Shown here: one piece after another, positions 50,110 to 63,230 of the stretch
Numbering within the stretch: position 1 is the stretch's first letter
How the letters are laid out: each line of letters begins with the position of its first letter
NCBI GenBank assembly: GCA_965153285.1
Contig: OZ229115.1
Origin: Podarcis tiliguerta
Taxonomy: Eukaryota
Length of the DNA: 64,000 bases
Strand: one strand, 5' to 3'
Translations under genes and position numbers: made by a program
Notes under the pieces: generated by a model
Databases searched by the model: none
The model's input: only the letters and a program-made list of their open reading frames with translations
Told to the model about the DNA's origin: nothing

Positions 50110-50520
50110 GGTTAGGACATCACCAGCATGCCATGCATCAGCCTGGGTGACCACATGCTTGAGGTGGTAGGTGATTTTTTTATCTCCCTGGGCTTTACAA
50201 CAACCAGCAGCTTCACCACCAATGCTGAGCTGGACAAGCATATTGGGAAGGCAGCTACGGCAATGGCTCGCTCCTCCAAAAAGGTATGGGAGACTGTGAT
50301 GCTAACGACCAATACGAAGATGAAGGTCTACCAGGCATGAGTGTTGAGCATATTGCTTTATGGAAGTGAGTCGTGGGCAAGTTACACCTGCCAGGAGTGA
50401 CGCCTCAATGCCTCCCGTATGCACTGCATCAGGAAGATTTTGGACATCGCATGGAAGGACAGAGTCTCAAACAGAGATGTGCTCTCTCAAGCCCACATTC
50501 CCAGCATGTTTGCACTTCCA
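50110..50520 (+). mobile_element. RTE-clade LINE ORF2 fragment, degenerate
   Basis: Translates across stops and frameshifts to LEVV.DF...ELDKHIGKAATAMAR...TKMKVYQA.VLSILLYGSESW...CIRKILDIAWKDRVSNRDVL, typical of the RTE post-RT region. Confidence 0.85.
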
Positions 50521-51074
50521 TGGACAGGAGCAACCAGCCCTTGTCATTGTGAGTCCTTGTTTGCCTCTGTATGTGGGCACTGTAATCAACACAATCTCTG
50601 ATGGGATGTTTTGAGTGTGTCTGTTCCTCCGCCCTCCACTGTTTTTTAATTGAACATGTTTTCCCTCTCCTCTCCCATGCCTGTATTAGATTTGGTTGTG
50701 ACTCCAACCCGTTTAAAAGAAGTATGGGCACTTTAAGTTTGCACCTGCAGTAAGGCCCATTGTGTTGAATGTGACTCACTCCCAGGTAAGTGTGTATGTA
50801 TGGAATTGCAAACTTCGGCTTACTAGTGAGGAAGCCCCATTAGACACTGTGAGATTTAAGCCCACTTAAGTATACACACATTGTAAAGACATAGTCCTGC
50901 ACCTATAGAAGTAAAAACTCCTGCTGACTCTAACAAAGGAGGCTTGTAGCACCATATACTTTGGGGCTACAATAATATGTACACTTACCTGAGACATACT
51001 TCTGAGTTAAAATGTGTAGAATAGTGCTGCATTGGCTACAGGCTTGAAAAAACAAAGCTCACCAACTATCAGAC

Positions 51075-51124
51075 CCTTCCTTCCTTCCTTCCTTCCTTCC
51101 TTCCTTCCTTCCTTCCTTCCTTCC
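51075..51124. repeat. (CCTT)n microsatellite
   Basis: About 12 units. Confidence 0.97.
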
Positions 51125-51238
51125 AACATCTACAGGAGAAAGCTACCCTGTCTCATCACTATTGCACCCTAGATTGCACAATCTTTGCATTCTATCATTA
51201 GACCAGTGTTTCCCAACCTTTTTCTAATTGTGGTCCCC

Positions 51239-51366
51239 CATGGGCGTAGCCAAGGGGAGGGCAGAGGGCAGCTGTGCCCCACAAATAAGTAAAAATCAAT
51301 ACAAATCTGAAGTTCTGCCCCCCCAACAAAAGCCTGTCCCCCCAACAAAAATCCTGGCTATCCATG
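51239..51366. mobile_element. Small TIR element nested in the hAT element
   Basis: CATGGGCGTAGCCA ... TGGCTATCCATG inverted ends. Confidence 0.65.
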
Positions 51367-51496
51367 CCCCCCTCCTACTGGTCGAAAGGTATCTATTTAA
51401 ATGTTTTGTTTATAATTTTTATAATTTATACAAAATACAATTACATAAAATGATAATAATATAATGAAATATTGTTGAAGCAGAAAAACAGAGACT

Positions 51497-51650
51497 AATG
51501 GAGCTGGAAGGGACTCCAAGGGTCATGTTTCTAGCCCAACCCCCTGCAATGTAGGAAACTCAGCTAAAGCATCCATGACAGATGGCCAGCCAACCTCTGC
51601 TTAGAAACCTCCAAGGAAGGAGAGTCCAGAACCTACCGAGGCAGATCCAT
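51497..51650 (-). mobile_element. CR1 3' fragment nested in the hAT element
   Basis: GGAGCTGGAAGGGAC...CCAACCCCCTGCAATG is the reverse complement of the CR1 end at 57980-58057. Confidence 0.75.
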
Positions 51651-52432
51651 CTTCCATGTATTATAAAAAAATAAACAAAACTTATTTGACCCCAGTTATT
51701 TGACACAGAGGGGGAAACCTACAGATACTGTCCAAAAAGTATATAGGAAGTTCTGTATATATGGGATTAAAAAATATATATGCAAGTGGTCTTCACTGAC
51801 CTGGTGCAAAAAGATCTTGTCATGTGGAGGAGCCCTGGCTGCCTAGATAAAACACTATAGTTTCACACACCCTTACCTGAGAGGCCCACTGAACACAGTG
51901 CGGCTTTCTTTTGAGTAGACTCTTAGTTATTTACTAGATTCAAGTCAGCAGCACCAGATGACCCTGCTTAGCTAGGTGCTGGGGTGGATTGCACCCTACA
52001 CGTTGCAGAGTCAGGCCCAGGCTGCTACTGGGCCCAGCACTGGCGGCAGCAACAAGCAGCTCGCCCAGCCCTACCCACTGCCACCCCACCAGTGCACTTA
52101 CCTGACCTGGGGGTTCTGGATCGCGGGCTCTGCTGGTCAAAAAGGGAGCCTAAGTGATCATCCTCTCCCACTGGAAACAAACCAGGACTGCTCCCGGGTG
52201 GCAAAAAGGAGTGCTAGGCCCTGGTGGGCTACCCCCTTACCCGCTTGTGATTGGCCAAGCAGATAGCCATCCAATCAGAATTTCCCCCCTTCACTTCTCA
52301 CTTCCCTCAGCGGTCCCCAAGCCTTGTGTTGTGGGCCCCTCATTTACAAGATTTTAACCTGTAGCTCCCTTGGAATATTCGGGGGGGGGGGGGATATAGT
52401 CCCCGGTTGGGAAACAATGTGTTAGATAACTA

Positions 52433-52659
52433 CAGTGGTACCTCGGGTTAAGTACTTAATTTGTTCCGGAGGTCTGTACTTAACCTGAAACTGTTCTTAA
52501 CCTGAAGCACCTCTTTAGCTAATGGGGCCTCCTGCCGCCACCACGCTGCCGGAGCACGATTTCTGTTCTCAGCCTGAAGCAAGGTTCTCAACCCTGAAGC
52601 ACTATATCTGGGTTAGCGGAGTCTGTAACCTGAAGCATATGTAACCCGAGGTACCACTG
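52433..52659. mobile_element. Tc1/mariner (Tigger-like) MITE
   Basis: Perfect 18-bp TIR CAGTGGTACCTCGGGTTA with TA target duplication at 52431-52432 and 52660-52661. Confidence 0.92.
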
Positions 52660-54397
52660 TACTTGAGTAATATGTGACAAAAGTTCAGATCTGGAAAATG
52701 CTGGAGAGCTCCCAGGGCAATGCATAGTTAGAGGGCGTCTGGACAACATTTTGAATGAGAAGTGTCACCAAGGGAAGTGGTGCCCTGACAAGCTCAGCCT
52801 ATAGGTGGTTCACAGATCACAAAGGCCTGGTTTCTCTCCCCACCCACCCACCTTAGTATTTGGTTGGGTTGGTTGGGAATGGCTTGCCCAGCATCATACT
52901 TACTGGTATGTGAAATCCAGACCCTGAGAGGGCTCCTGTATCTTTAAGAGTTGCAAAGAAGGGGACACTCCGCTATATGCATAAGAGCAGCTTCCTGTTA
53001 TCACTGCAGCACTGTGAAGAGAAAAGGTGCAGTGGATTAAAGTACTTTTTACATTCTTCTTTTAGAATCCTAAAGGAGCCTCTCAGTGCTCAGGCCTGGC
53101 AAAACCTAGCAGGTGTTAATGCTACAGTAGGAAGATTCCCCCCCCCCCATCATAGGCCCTAGAGGAACCTGCCATAGAGGGCAGAGCTTTTGTACCTTTA
53201 GGATTTATGCAGGGAAGGTAGAAATGCAACTTGCCCCCACTAATATTAAGCCATATATGAGGTGCAGGTTTAAAATTCAGCAGAAGCAGCAAGAAAAACA
53301 GTAGCCAAGTTAACGAAATACTGCTGAACTAAGGAAATGTGAAAAAAAAGAACAAATTCAAGGTGAGCAATAAATAATAGCTTAGATGAACATAACCCCG
53401 AAAAAGCACGTTTAGAACTCAGTTTCAGTGGGGGCTTGTATCTCCCATATCATGCATTAAGTGGACTTTGTTCTTCTGTGTCTGCATGCTGCTGGGAGAA
53501 CTTCTATTAATGTAGATGGTCTAGAGATGCATTATTATAGTTCTAGCCCTGGAAGCTGAGTAGGTGGAGATGGATGGATGGTTCGGCAGAGGACTGCTAG
53601 AGCGTTTTCTGCATTTTCCTGAAATAACCAATATATAGAGGTTGGGCTACAAGCAGATTTTTGACAGCTTCCCAGGAAGACATCCCTGGCCTGTCTAAGG
53701 AGCCAGAGAAGGTGATACACATTTCTTCAGCTGTGATTTCAAGGGAGGGTCACAATGCTTGTGTGTCTGTGCACGTGAGGAACAAGGCACAGACAAATGC
53801 GGGCTGTTCCAGCCCTGCAAAACAGGGATGACTTGATGGGTAGCAAGGGAAGGAGGGGGGCAGGCACTTGGGAAGGAATCAGTATACATCAGTGGGGGGA
53901 AGCAGAGGTGGGGGCAGGCAACGAGAAGACAAACCTGCACTCATCCTTTGGGGGTTTATTTCACATCCTGCTTTGCCTACCCAGTGTACATTAGTGCAGG
54001 ACTTGGTGACATGACCGCCACTGCCACCTTGGGAGACAGAGGGCCTCGCCACCCACCGCCAGCCGCAGGATTAATTATGATAATGTATTTCTTTCCCCTT
54101 TTGTCACCCTAATGAATGGGCCCCTTTAAGATTTTAAGGCCTTTTGTTTGTCCAGTTTTTAAGGCGGTATTGTAGGGTAGGGGATAGCAGGTGGCATGGC
54201 CAAAACAGGCTCTTTTGTCTTCCTTGGGGGCTTTTCTTTTCCTGTGGTGGATTTGTGCAAGGGGGGGGGCAGCCTGGTTGAAGATGCAGAGAGGCAGAGT
54301 AGAGACACTCCTCAGTCAGTTTCACTGCACTGATAGTGATAGGAGAGAAACTTCCTTGCTTGGGGAGGGGAGTTTCAGAGAGAACCCCCTCTTTCTC

Positions 54398-54399
54398 CT

Positions 54400-54447
<48 letters not shown>

Positions 54448-54448
54448 A
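54398..54448. repeat. (CTTT)n microsatellite
   Basis: About 12 units. Confidence 0.95.
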
Positions 54449-55019
54449 CCTCATACACCTCCCATGGAATGGGACCCATCCTGTATCCTCCAGATCGCTC
54501 CCAAATTCCCAATCTGTATTCTCTATCCTGCATCCACATGTGAGCAGGTCTAGACAAATCACTGCAAGCAGATCTCCCAAATCCAAATGTCAGTGTCTGT
54601 TCTATCAACTGCTACAAAAGAGCAGAGCAATCCAAAATTAGGGGTGTCGTCCAGAGATGATGGAGCAATAATGTCCCTTGATTCTGCACCGCTTCCAATG
54701 TTTCAGAATGGAGTTGTGCTAGTCATGCTTCTTGAGGCTTCTCAGGATTTGCAATACATCTTAAAATATGACATACACCTGCGAAACTATTTTGTCCCAA
54801 GACTGTGGTGGGGAAATTGACCACGTGTATTGCAGGCAGCTACAGTTTAGGAATATCACCTCTGAGTCCCTAAAAGGGCTGCTTTCTGTACTCAGCAGGA
54901 CATGGTTTCTTCTTCAGTGTTTTAAATATTAGGAAGCACATGAAGGATGCTTGATCATTTTATGCAAGAACAGGCAAAGAACTTCTAATGAAACTGGCAC
55001 TACTATAGAGAGTTAATGG

Positions 55020-55270
55020 TCTCTCTGGCGTACAAAGTGCCACACCCTTTTGGAAAAGGATGCCAAATAATGTCCCACAGAAACAATTGGGGGGGGGGCC
55101 TGTGTGTTAAATGTTTTCATTGTGATTTGGATGAGCACACAGTGAGCATGTTTATAAAATCTGAAGACAGAGTGATATTTGGAGGGATCTCAAACATTTC
55201 AAAAAACAGATCAACTTGATAAATTTGAGTACTAGGCAGAGAGTAGCAACATAAAACTGGACAAGATGGA
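55020..55270 (+). mobile_element. Old CR1 reverse-transcriptase fragment
   Basis: Decayed F..DLDE...IK.ED...GG and LDK.E motif spacing. Confidence 0.5.
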
Positions 55271-56679
55271 CTTTGTTGGAGTTTTCCAAACTGGGGGTTT
55301 GGGCCAGTTAATCTTTAATGCCCTTTACTTAGTGGCACCAGCATAAACTGGATATGGGGGAGGGCATTCATAGCTGAAATAGCAGGGGTAGGGAAGGCTG
55401 GGGTTGATGAACTCCATCTGGATTTGGTATGTCTTAGAGGAACGAGGTTCAGTCACCCTTTAGCACAGATAGCTTTGTTGGTCTGAATAACCCTTTTCTA
55501 AATAATTTCCAGCCTTTAAGTAAGGTTTTACCTTGACCAAGAGTGGCTCTGTGAGTGCCAGCCTGATCGTCTTAAGCTCTGATTGTATAAAGGTGACAGG
55601 CAAAAAAGAAAAAGAAAAAGTTGGCCCAAGACTAACTTATGCTCTCTCTTTTCCTGCATATTTATAAATACATCTCCTTTCATTGCACTAAGTCTAGATG
55701 TCCAACATTCTGAATCTGGCAATGAAACGGTGGGAAAGGTGATGCCAGATGGGTTAAGCAGGACTTGTGGTTGCACGGCTTCTGGAAGGAGCCCAGGATC
55801 TGTCAGGACCAGTGAGATTAGTGCTTTTATTGATCCAACCTGCATGGTAAGGATATGGCTGTAAGCAGGGTCCGTGGCATGAAACTGGTAAGGATACAGA
55901 AGCACCTCATCCATTTTGGGGCATCTTGCATTCTCTGGGACTCATAAAGTAACAACTCTTACAAGATGCAGAAATCTACCCGGCTGCCAGAATGATTGCA
56001 TTAATGCAACATTCAGCTTGGAAGCCCCAAAGAAGAATCTGTAGCGCGGAAAGGGTTTGTAGGGGAGATTATAAACAGGTAACGGGGCACACAAGGCAGC
56101 AGCAGCACTGCTCAATACATGATTAGAGGCTTGGCCTTTCTAGTTCTTTCTTCTTCTTCATGGCTTTCTCAACAGAGAAATAGCATCACGGAGGAGGGAA
56201 TGGGATGCATCCCTGTAGTCCCTTTCATACCAAGTCCTGTTTGCGAGGGAGGAAATTGCAATTCAGAAGCACCGTTGAAAATGTAAGAAAGCACCTTCTG
56301 CAGGCACAGAGGTCAGACGTCTGAGCGAACGCCTTGAAACTTGGGTGGGCTCTGCCTCTGCCTGGTGAGGCGAGAGCAAAGCTTTTATCTTGTCCCTGCT
56401 CTTCCCTTCTCACTCCTCCTCTCCTCACACCCCAAAATCTGCATGAGAGAAACAATAGAGGCGCAGTTCTTTGCAGTAGGGCATTGAACTGAGGAGGGGG
56501 AGGAGAAGGGGAGGGAGAGGACAGCAGGAGCAGGGAACTCGCCCACTCACAGTCCCAGCACACAGCAGTCGGTCCAACCTGCTTTGCACAGACATACACG
56601 CCTCAAGCATGGATGCACGTACCCTTCAGGCAAGCACACACATTGCCCTCCAGACATCTATTGACTGGTACATGCATGC

Positions 56680-56683
<4 letters not shown>

Positions 56684-56720
<37 letters not shown>
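56684..56720. repeat. (CA)n microsatellite
   Basis: About 18 units. Confidence 0.97.
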
Positions 56721-56724
<4 letters not shown>

Positions 56725-57249
56725 TGGCAGGGGGAATGCAAGGTCTCTAGATTTCTCTCTTAGAATCAGAGGCCAATTCAGCAGTGACTATTCCATTAAG
56801 GCAAATGGGGGCACTTCCCCACCAACCTCAGTGAGCTATCAGTCAGCTCCCACCTGCCTGCCTTCTTACCTTCAACCAGCCCAGAGAGCAGCCTTGGATG
56901 TCAGCTTCCTCTTCCTTAATCTCAGTGTTGCCTTTGTAAAACTCAGCAGGGAAGAGGATGGGGACAAAACTAGAATGAGTTGGCTCTGCCTGTTGTTGGC
57001 TATGGCGCCACCTACTGTCAATCTCCCTGCCATCTGCCCTGCCAGTCCCCGTGGACACCAGCCGCCATCAGGGACCATTGACTGTGTCATATGCTCCACA
57101 TTCAGTAAGACTGTCAGACTGCAGAGACCAATAGAGCCCTTTAAAGGAGGAAATTTGCCGTGTAATAGCAATACATAAAACAAGGCCTTTCCAGAGCCAT
57201 CCTAGTGTAGCTCATTTTGCCTGCTTAGGTCCTAGCATGGAATTCTGAG

Positions 57250-57630
57250 TTTATTTTACTTATTTATTAAATATTTATATTGCACGCTTGCAACAACACA
57301 GGGTCCTCAGAGAAGTGTAAATAGATTTAAGAACATGATAAAACATTATAAAGTTGTAAAAATGGATTAATATTCAAGAGGTATGGACACAAAAACACAA
57401 CACTTGCTGGACAATACTGAAAATGTTGGCAGTACCATGAAACAAAACTATTTAAACTTGACATCTGAACACACTCAAAGAAGTAAAGTGAGGCAAATAT
57501 TCTGGGGCAGTGGCTAGAGTGGGTGCTGATGATGAGAAGGCCTGGTTATGCATTCCCATCCTCACAGGGCATAGAAGGGCCTCTCCCATTGACCTCAGGG
57601 TGTAGATAGATGCATACAGAGGAATTGTTC
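57250..57630 (-). mobile_element. Degenerate L2-type fragment
   Basis: TTTATT tail followed by GAGAAGGCC...GAAGGGCCTC...GACCTCAG blocks. Confidence 0.45.
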
Positions 57631-57740
57631 TAGACATCACTGGTTGTGATAATATATTTAGTGGCAAGAAGAGCAAAATGTTGCAATAGTCTGAGGGAAA
57701 GTATGGAAAGTGTTGTATGACACATACAGAAACATAGAAA

Positions 57741-57950
57741 ACCAGTGTGGTATAGTGGTTACAGTGTCAGGCTAGGGTTTGGAAGACCAGAGTTCAAATC
57801 CTCACTCAGCCATGAAGCTCACAAAGTGACCTTGGGTCATTCACTGCCTCTCAGCCTAACCTACCTCATAGGGTTGTTGTGAGGATAAAATGAGAAGGGG
57901 AAGAACTATTAAGCTCCTGGCAGGAAAGGTGGGATATAAATGTAATAATA
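57741..57950 (+). mobile_element. tRNA-derived SINE (Squam3/MIR-like)
   Basis: A-box TGGTATAGTGG, B-box GAGTTCAAATCC, core AGCCTAACCTACCTCATAGGGTTGTTGTGAGGATAAAA, (TAA)n tail. Confidence 0.75.
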
Positions 57951-57979
57951 ATAGTAATAATATTGAGCTCCATGTTGGG

Positions 57980-58057
57980 CAAAAGATTTCTGCATTGCAA
58001 GGGGTTGGACTAGATGATCCTTGTGGTGCCTTCCAGCTCTATAATTCTATGATTCTA
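57980..58057 (+). mobile_element. CR1 LINE 3' terminus
   Basis: GGGTTGGACTAGATGATCC...CCTTCCAGCTCT followed by an ATTCTATGATTCT terminal repeat. Confidence 0.8.
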
Positions 58058-58092
58058 ACAAAAAGATGTATTGAAACTAGTAGATGTTTACT

Positions 58093-58447
58093 AGGTAAAG
58101 GTAAAGGGCCCCCTGACCATTAGGTTCAGTCATGGCCGACTCTGGGGTTGTGGCGCTTATCTTGCTTTATTGGCCGAGGGAGCCGGCGTACAGCTTCCGG
58201 GTCATGTGGCCAGCATGACTAAGCCACTTCTGGCGAACCAGAGCAGCGCACAGAAACACCATTTACCTTCCCGCTGGAGCAGTACCTATTTATCTACTTG
58301 CACTTTGAGGTGCTTTCGAACTGCTAGGTTGGCAGGAGCAGGGACCAAGCAACAGGAGCTCACCCCGTCGCGGGGATTCGAACCGCCGACCTTCTGATCG
58401 GCAAGTCCTAGGCTCTGTGGTTTAACCCACAGCACCACCCGCATCCC
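58093..58447 (-). mobile_element. Sauria-type SINE, near full length
   Basis: Minus strand reads GGGATGCGGGTGGTGCTGTGGGTTAAACC... with B-box GGTTCGAATCC and an (ACCTTT)n tail; many CpGs retained, so likely young. Confidence 0.9.
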
Positions 58448-60518
58448 ATTTATTGGGTACAGCATGACAAAACATTATGAGGGTGCCAACATTAAAATTG
58501 AGCTCATAATTGAGTCCACCAATGGAATGCATCCTTTGATATATTTTTGTAGACCAGTGACACCCAACCCTCTAATATCTGGGTAGATATGCATAGGTAT
58601 GAATTATAGGGACAGACAAATTGAGGCAAGTGGGCAGGCCTACTGTACTCATAACAACATCTTACCAGCAATAATTAATTGTACAGGTTTGTGGCTATGT
58701 AGCTAGCTCCGTGGTGGCAGAACCATTTTCAGGTATTGTGCCCTGTTGTACCAGCTACATGCACAATGCCACAACTCTGCATCTGGCAATAACAATTGTG
58801 CCAAGCATAGAAAGGTTGAATTGCCCTGCTGTGGTATTATGATACCATTACAACCTATGACTGTGCACACCAGGGCATGTCAGTCTATGCTGACTGAGCA
58901 CTACTCTAACCCTGTATTGGTTGGCATGATGATTACCAATGAAATTGGCTTTTAGATTGGAGGTTTAAAACCAGAGGCCTGCTGGGTACAATTTGGTCTT
59001 TTTAAGAGTGGCTCCTCAGCTGACAACCCAGAAGTGAGAAAGCAATGAAGACAAAGTGATGACTGTGGAAACAGAACTTGCTAGCAGGACTTTTTTGGGG
59101 GGCGGGGCGGGGGAAAGGGCCAGCTCCTCAAGGCTCCTGCAAAACTAATGGTTGACAAGGGTTTTAGATTGTGTGCTTCATCAGTTTTATTTAGCTTAAT
59201 TTGGCCCTAAGGAAAATAATTCCAATCCTTTGTTTGTTTGCTTCAGTTTTCCTTGGGAAGTAAGGCCTCAGACCATTAAACAGCTGTTGAAGGCCTTGAC
59301 AACAGTTAAGAGACAGGAAGCAGGAATGCTTGTGACTCCCCCCCCCCCTTTTCACAGAGCAAAGTTACAAATGAAGGAGTTTTCCATGTATTTATCTTGA
59401 GAGCTAGCCAAGTCTGCAAAGCAACATGTTCCTAATTTTCTGTAGTTTTAACTCCAAATTAATTTGTAAGTGATCTGGGTGCCTTGTTCCTCGAATGACA
59501 CCTAATAGTGCAAGGGAAGTGCCTGCCAACTGAAACTTTGCAGCGGGCAAAAAGAAAGCAGGTCAGGAAAAGGCCTGGAAGCACGACCCCCTGTGAGTGT
59601 TTAACAAGGTGTCAGCCCAGGATGTTTGGAGATCAGACTAAGTGGCTGTGACATCAGAGTCCCGGGCAGAGGTGGAAAAGGGATTATTCTGATGGCCTGG
59701 ATACAAGGCAGTACAGAGCAATAGCAGGCCCATCTTTATAGATGACTAGGCAGCCTGACTTCAACCTGGTCAGGATTTGTCCCTGGGTTAGGGATAGACA
59801 TGCAAAGGGGGTGTGCTCACACACACCCTAATGTTTTAAAAAAACTGGGGGTCAAAGGAAGCAGACAGAGATGCAAGCAGAATAAAAGGGCTGGAATGGA
59901 TCTGCAGCTGTCTCTGGAAGCGGTGACAAGGCAATTGGCTCCACTGATTGGCAGTAAGGAAGGAGCAGGAATTCCCTCCATCTCAGGCAAAAGCTAAAAA
60001 TCCATCCAGCCTTTTTCTTCTTCTTCTCATGGCTCTGTCTCCATCCAAGCTCCACTGGCCACCTTTTGTGGAGAGAGATCTGTGGGGTGAGGGGCTGCTT
60101 TTGTGGCATGCAAGCAAGGGGGAGGAGCCATTTGGCCCCTGGCCCTCCAGAATTACCCTGCCTCTGGTCAGCTTGGCAAGGGTCTTTTTCTCTGCAGGAA
60201 AAATCTAATGTTTTGGCTTCTAGATGTGATCATTTTGTTAGCTTGTTTTTCTTCTTTACCTCTTCCTAATCCTTATTTGTTTGTCTTGTCATTTCCCTCC
60301 CCCTTCCTTTGTTTAAATAAATAAATCATTCATCCACCAATTAAGGGTGCACACCTTAATGAAATGTGCTGTGCACTTCTATGGACCATCATGCATTTTG
60401 CAGCAGATGTGTAGATTCTACACAAGTAAATAGTTCTAAAGCATTGTTATAACTACTGAATGCCCCTGAGCAGCTGCAAAGGAATCCTAAAGGCTTCAAG
60501 TATTGGCTTAGATTAATG

Positions 60519-60615
60519 TAGGGTTGCCATACATCCGGAATTTCCCGGACATAGCCGTGATTCGGTGGTCGGAAACAGTGTCTAGATTTTCACTTTTTAA
60601 AATATGGCAGCCCTA
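60519..60615. mobile_element. Short hAT-like MITE
   Basis: TIRs TAGGGTTGCCATA / TATGGCAGCCCTA; flanks ATTAATG / AGTAATG. Confidence 0.7.
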
Positions 60616-62719
60616 AGTAATGGCCATTTCTTCCTAGCCAATCTCCAAATGCTTCCTCAGTAAGACACTGGATACATTGGTTGAGTGCTATAAAGATGTA
60701 TCTTGGGGGCTGAATGGGCCCATGCATGTGAGAGCCAGTTGGCACTCCCACTAGGGGAAGCTGCTGGCCACCATTAGATATATTATGAACCTCATTCAGC
60801 CCAAGGTAATAAATGAGCTGGAACCACCTCTGAACATAAAATATGCTCAAGAAGGAATATTATACAAGAAACTGATATGAAAATTTGCCTTACCATGCTA
60901 TTTGGAATTTTCATTCAGAAACTTGGATGGAGCCTGGCAGCATGGTGGAATCCCAGGAACAGCTGAAGGTTAGAGGTCACAAATTGGGAAGTTTCCTGCT
61001 GGGCATTACTGGAAACTGGCCATGTATCTCTGCATCATGTCTGGCTGCAAGACAGCAATGAATCTAAAGTTAAGTAGGTTGCCAAAAGATCAAAGGCTGA
61101 TTATGTGTTTTTTAAATTCTTACACTTAGTGTTCATTTGCTATGTTGTGAGCCACTTTGGGTACAGTTTTGTGGAACAGTGTCATACAAATAAACACATG
61201 ATGATAGCAAAAAGAAGAAGAAAGTTCTTGTGCTAGAAAAGTGTGATGCAGGAATCAAAGACAGCTATTTGACTATGGCAATTAGAAAACCTCCCCTTTG
61301 AATATCAGGAAGGAGGCAGAGTAAGAGTGAAAATGAAAGTGGGAGCGGCTACTCCCTTCCCACCCTAGGACGTGCAGAAGAGTTTGACTTGTCTACAAGA
61401 AATTTCTTCTAAGAAATTACAAGATGGTGATTTATCTCCCTTTGGTTTGGAGAGATGCTGAGAGGAGAGTAGTGACCTAAAGCAAAAGAAAGGAGAAATT
61501 TGTAAGGTAAGCCTGGAAGTTATGGTAAACACTGAAATTCTGGAGAGCCAGGCAGCGTAGACAAGGTTTAGACATGATCTGACTCAGTACAATGCAGCTT
61601 CCTGTGGTTGTATGAAAAGCCCCCATATAGCAGTCTCACTTGGGACAGCAGTGTATGTGTACAATAGGTGCTGTGGCTGCCGAGCAGAGGAGACATCAGG
61701 GGAGTGATGGCAGAGTTGGGCCTCTGCTAGCCATGCTCTTTCTGATGCGTTCACAGTAAAGAAACAAACCTCTGTGATTCCATGCTGAACAGGGGGGAAC
61801 TAAATTGGCTCAGGCTCTTGCGTCATGGGAAGCGTGAAGGTTTGAGTTGGCTGGCAAGGTGGTTGTAACCTTGGCACCTGGACAGAAACCCCTTTATTCC
61901 AAGCCTTCTTCTACCTAGTAACTACTGGAGTTGGCTGCATCATCACAAGCTGCCCAGCACTCACCTCAGGCCTTCTCAGCCATGAAGAAGAGAGCAGGCC
62001 AAACCCACAGCGGTTCGCCAGTGTCCCAGGGCTCCCCGCTCTTAATAGGCCACTGCTAGAAACAAGGAAGTCTCTGGCTCCCACCAGGAGTTAATTAACA
62101 GAAGGAAAACACTTTTAAAGGCTGCCAAGCAAGCAATCGACAGTGTCAGGCAAGGTTACCACTACACAAACTGAGCTCAGCTACACAACTTTTAGCCAGG
62201 ATCCACAACACGCACACACATAGAGCTGCTGGCAATCTCTGTGAATGAGCAGCTCACCAACAAAATGCCTGAGGAAAGGGCAGTGGTTCAGCTGGGAATC
62301 CAAGTTATTTGCCTGTTGGGTAGGATGGCAAGGCCAGGGATTACCTCAAACCTGTGGAGGACCAACTAGAATCCGGGCACTGAGAAGTCTCAGGCCTGAA
62401 AACATTCAGGTGAAGCAAGGAAAAGAACTAGTCAAGATGGAGCATCCTGAATTATGCCACTTATCATTGGGATCCTACCCACAGGCAAAAGTCTGGGGGA
62501 AGAGGATTGACGCAAATATAGGTGTGTGTGTGAAAGCTTTCATGCGTTGGTAGCTTCTCATTTGGATTATTAGAATGTGTTTGTGGGTGGGGCTGCGTGT
62601 CTCTGGAGTCAGTCGGGAAGCTTCAGCAGATGCCAAATATGGCTGTGAGAGTGTTAATTGGGACCAGACATTATGAACATAATATCTCACACTTTTCTCA
62701 TCCTCACTGTCTCCTAATT

Positions 62720-63230
62720 CAAAGTGCTGGTTTTGGCCTAAAAGGCCTACACAATTCAGGGCCTCGGGACTTGAAGGGACGCCTCTTCCTGCCTATATGG
62801 TGAGCTCATCTGTGGGTGCCCTTTTCCAGGTGCCCCCTCAACCCAAAGTTATGAGGGTAGTCATGAGAGGGAGAGAGAGGGTCTTTTCAGTGGCAGAAAG
62901 TGTTCCTGGGGAAGTTTGCCTTCTCTGGCATCCATGTTCTCTTTTTGGCATCAGGCATAAGACTTTTCTGTTCTCTCAAGCCATTTAATATCATGTATTC
63001 GGTTTTCTTTTTAGTTCCTGTGATAGTCTTAGTGGTCTTTATGTACTTCTATATTTGCGGGTTGTTTTTTCAGCTCCTGTGAGTTGTATTGTATTTTATT
63101 TTGTTGTTCTTTTGGCTATATGTTTAAGTTACAGTCTGAATTTTTATGGTGCCATTATGCTTTTCATTTATTTGCATTATGTCCGGAGAACTTATTTATG
63201 ACAAATATAAACAAATATATAATAAATAAA
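62720..63230 (+). mobile_element. L2-type LINE 3' fragment
   Basis: GAGAGGGTCTTTTCAGTGGCAG...AAGACTTTTCTGTTCTCTCAAGCCATTTAA, then a T-rich 3' UTR and AATAAA tail. Confidence 0.6.

Larger units (their letters stand above)
51204..52419. mobile_element. ~1.2 kb non-autonomous hAT element with nested insertions
   Basis: TIRs CAGTGTTTCCCAACC / GGTTGGGAAACAATG; candidate decayed TSD CATTAGAC / TGTTAGAT. Confidence 0.65.

Noticed and set aside
56225-57183. ORFs of 103-189 aa upstream of PTCH2
   Set aside because: They span a (CA)n repeat and show no protein-family signal.
58360-58447. tRNA gene
   Set aside because: The A/B boxes belong to the SINE head; no complete cloverleaf is evident.
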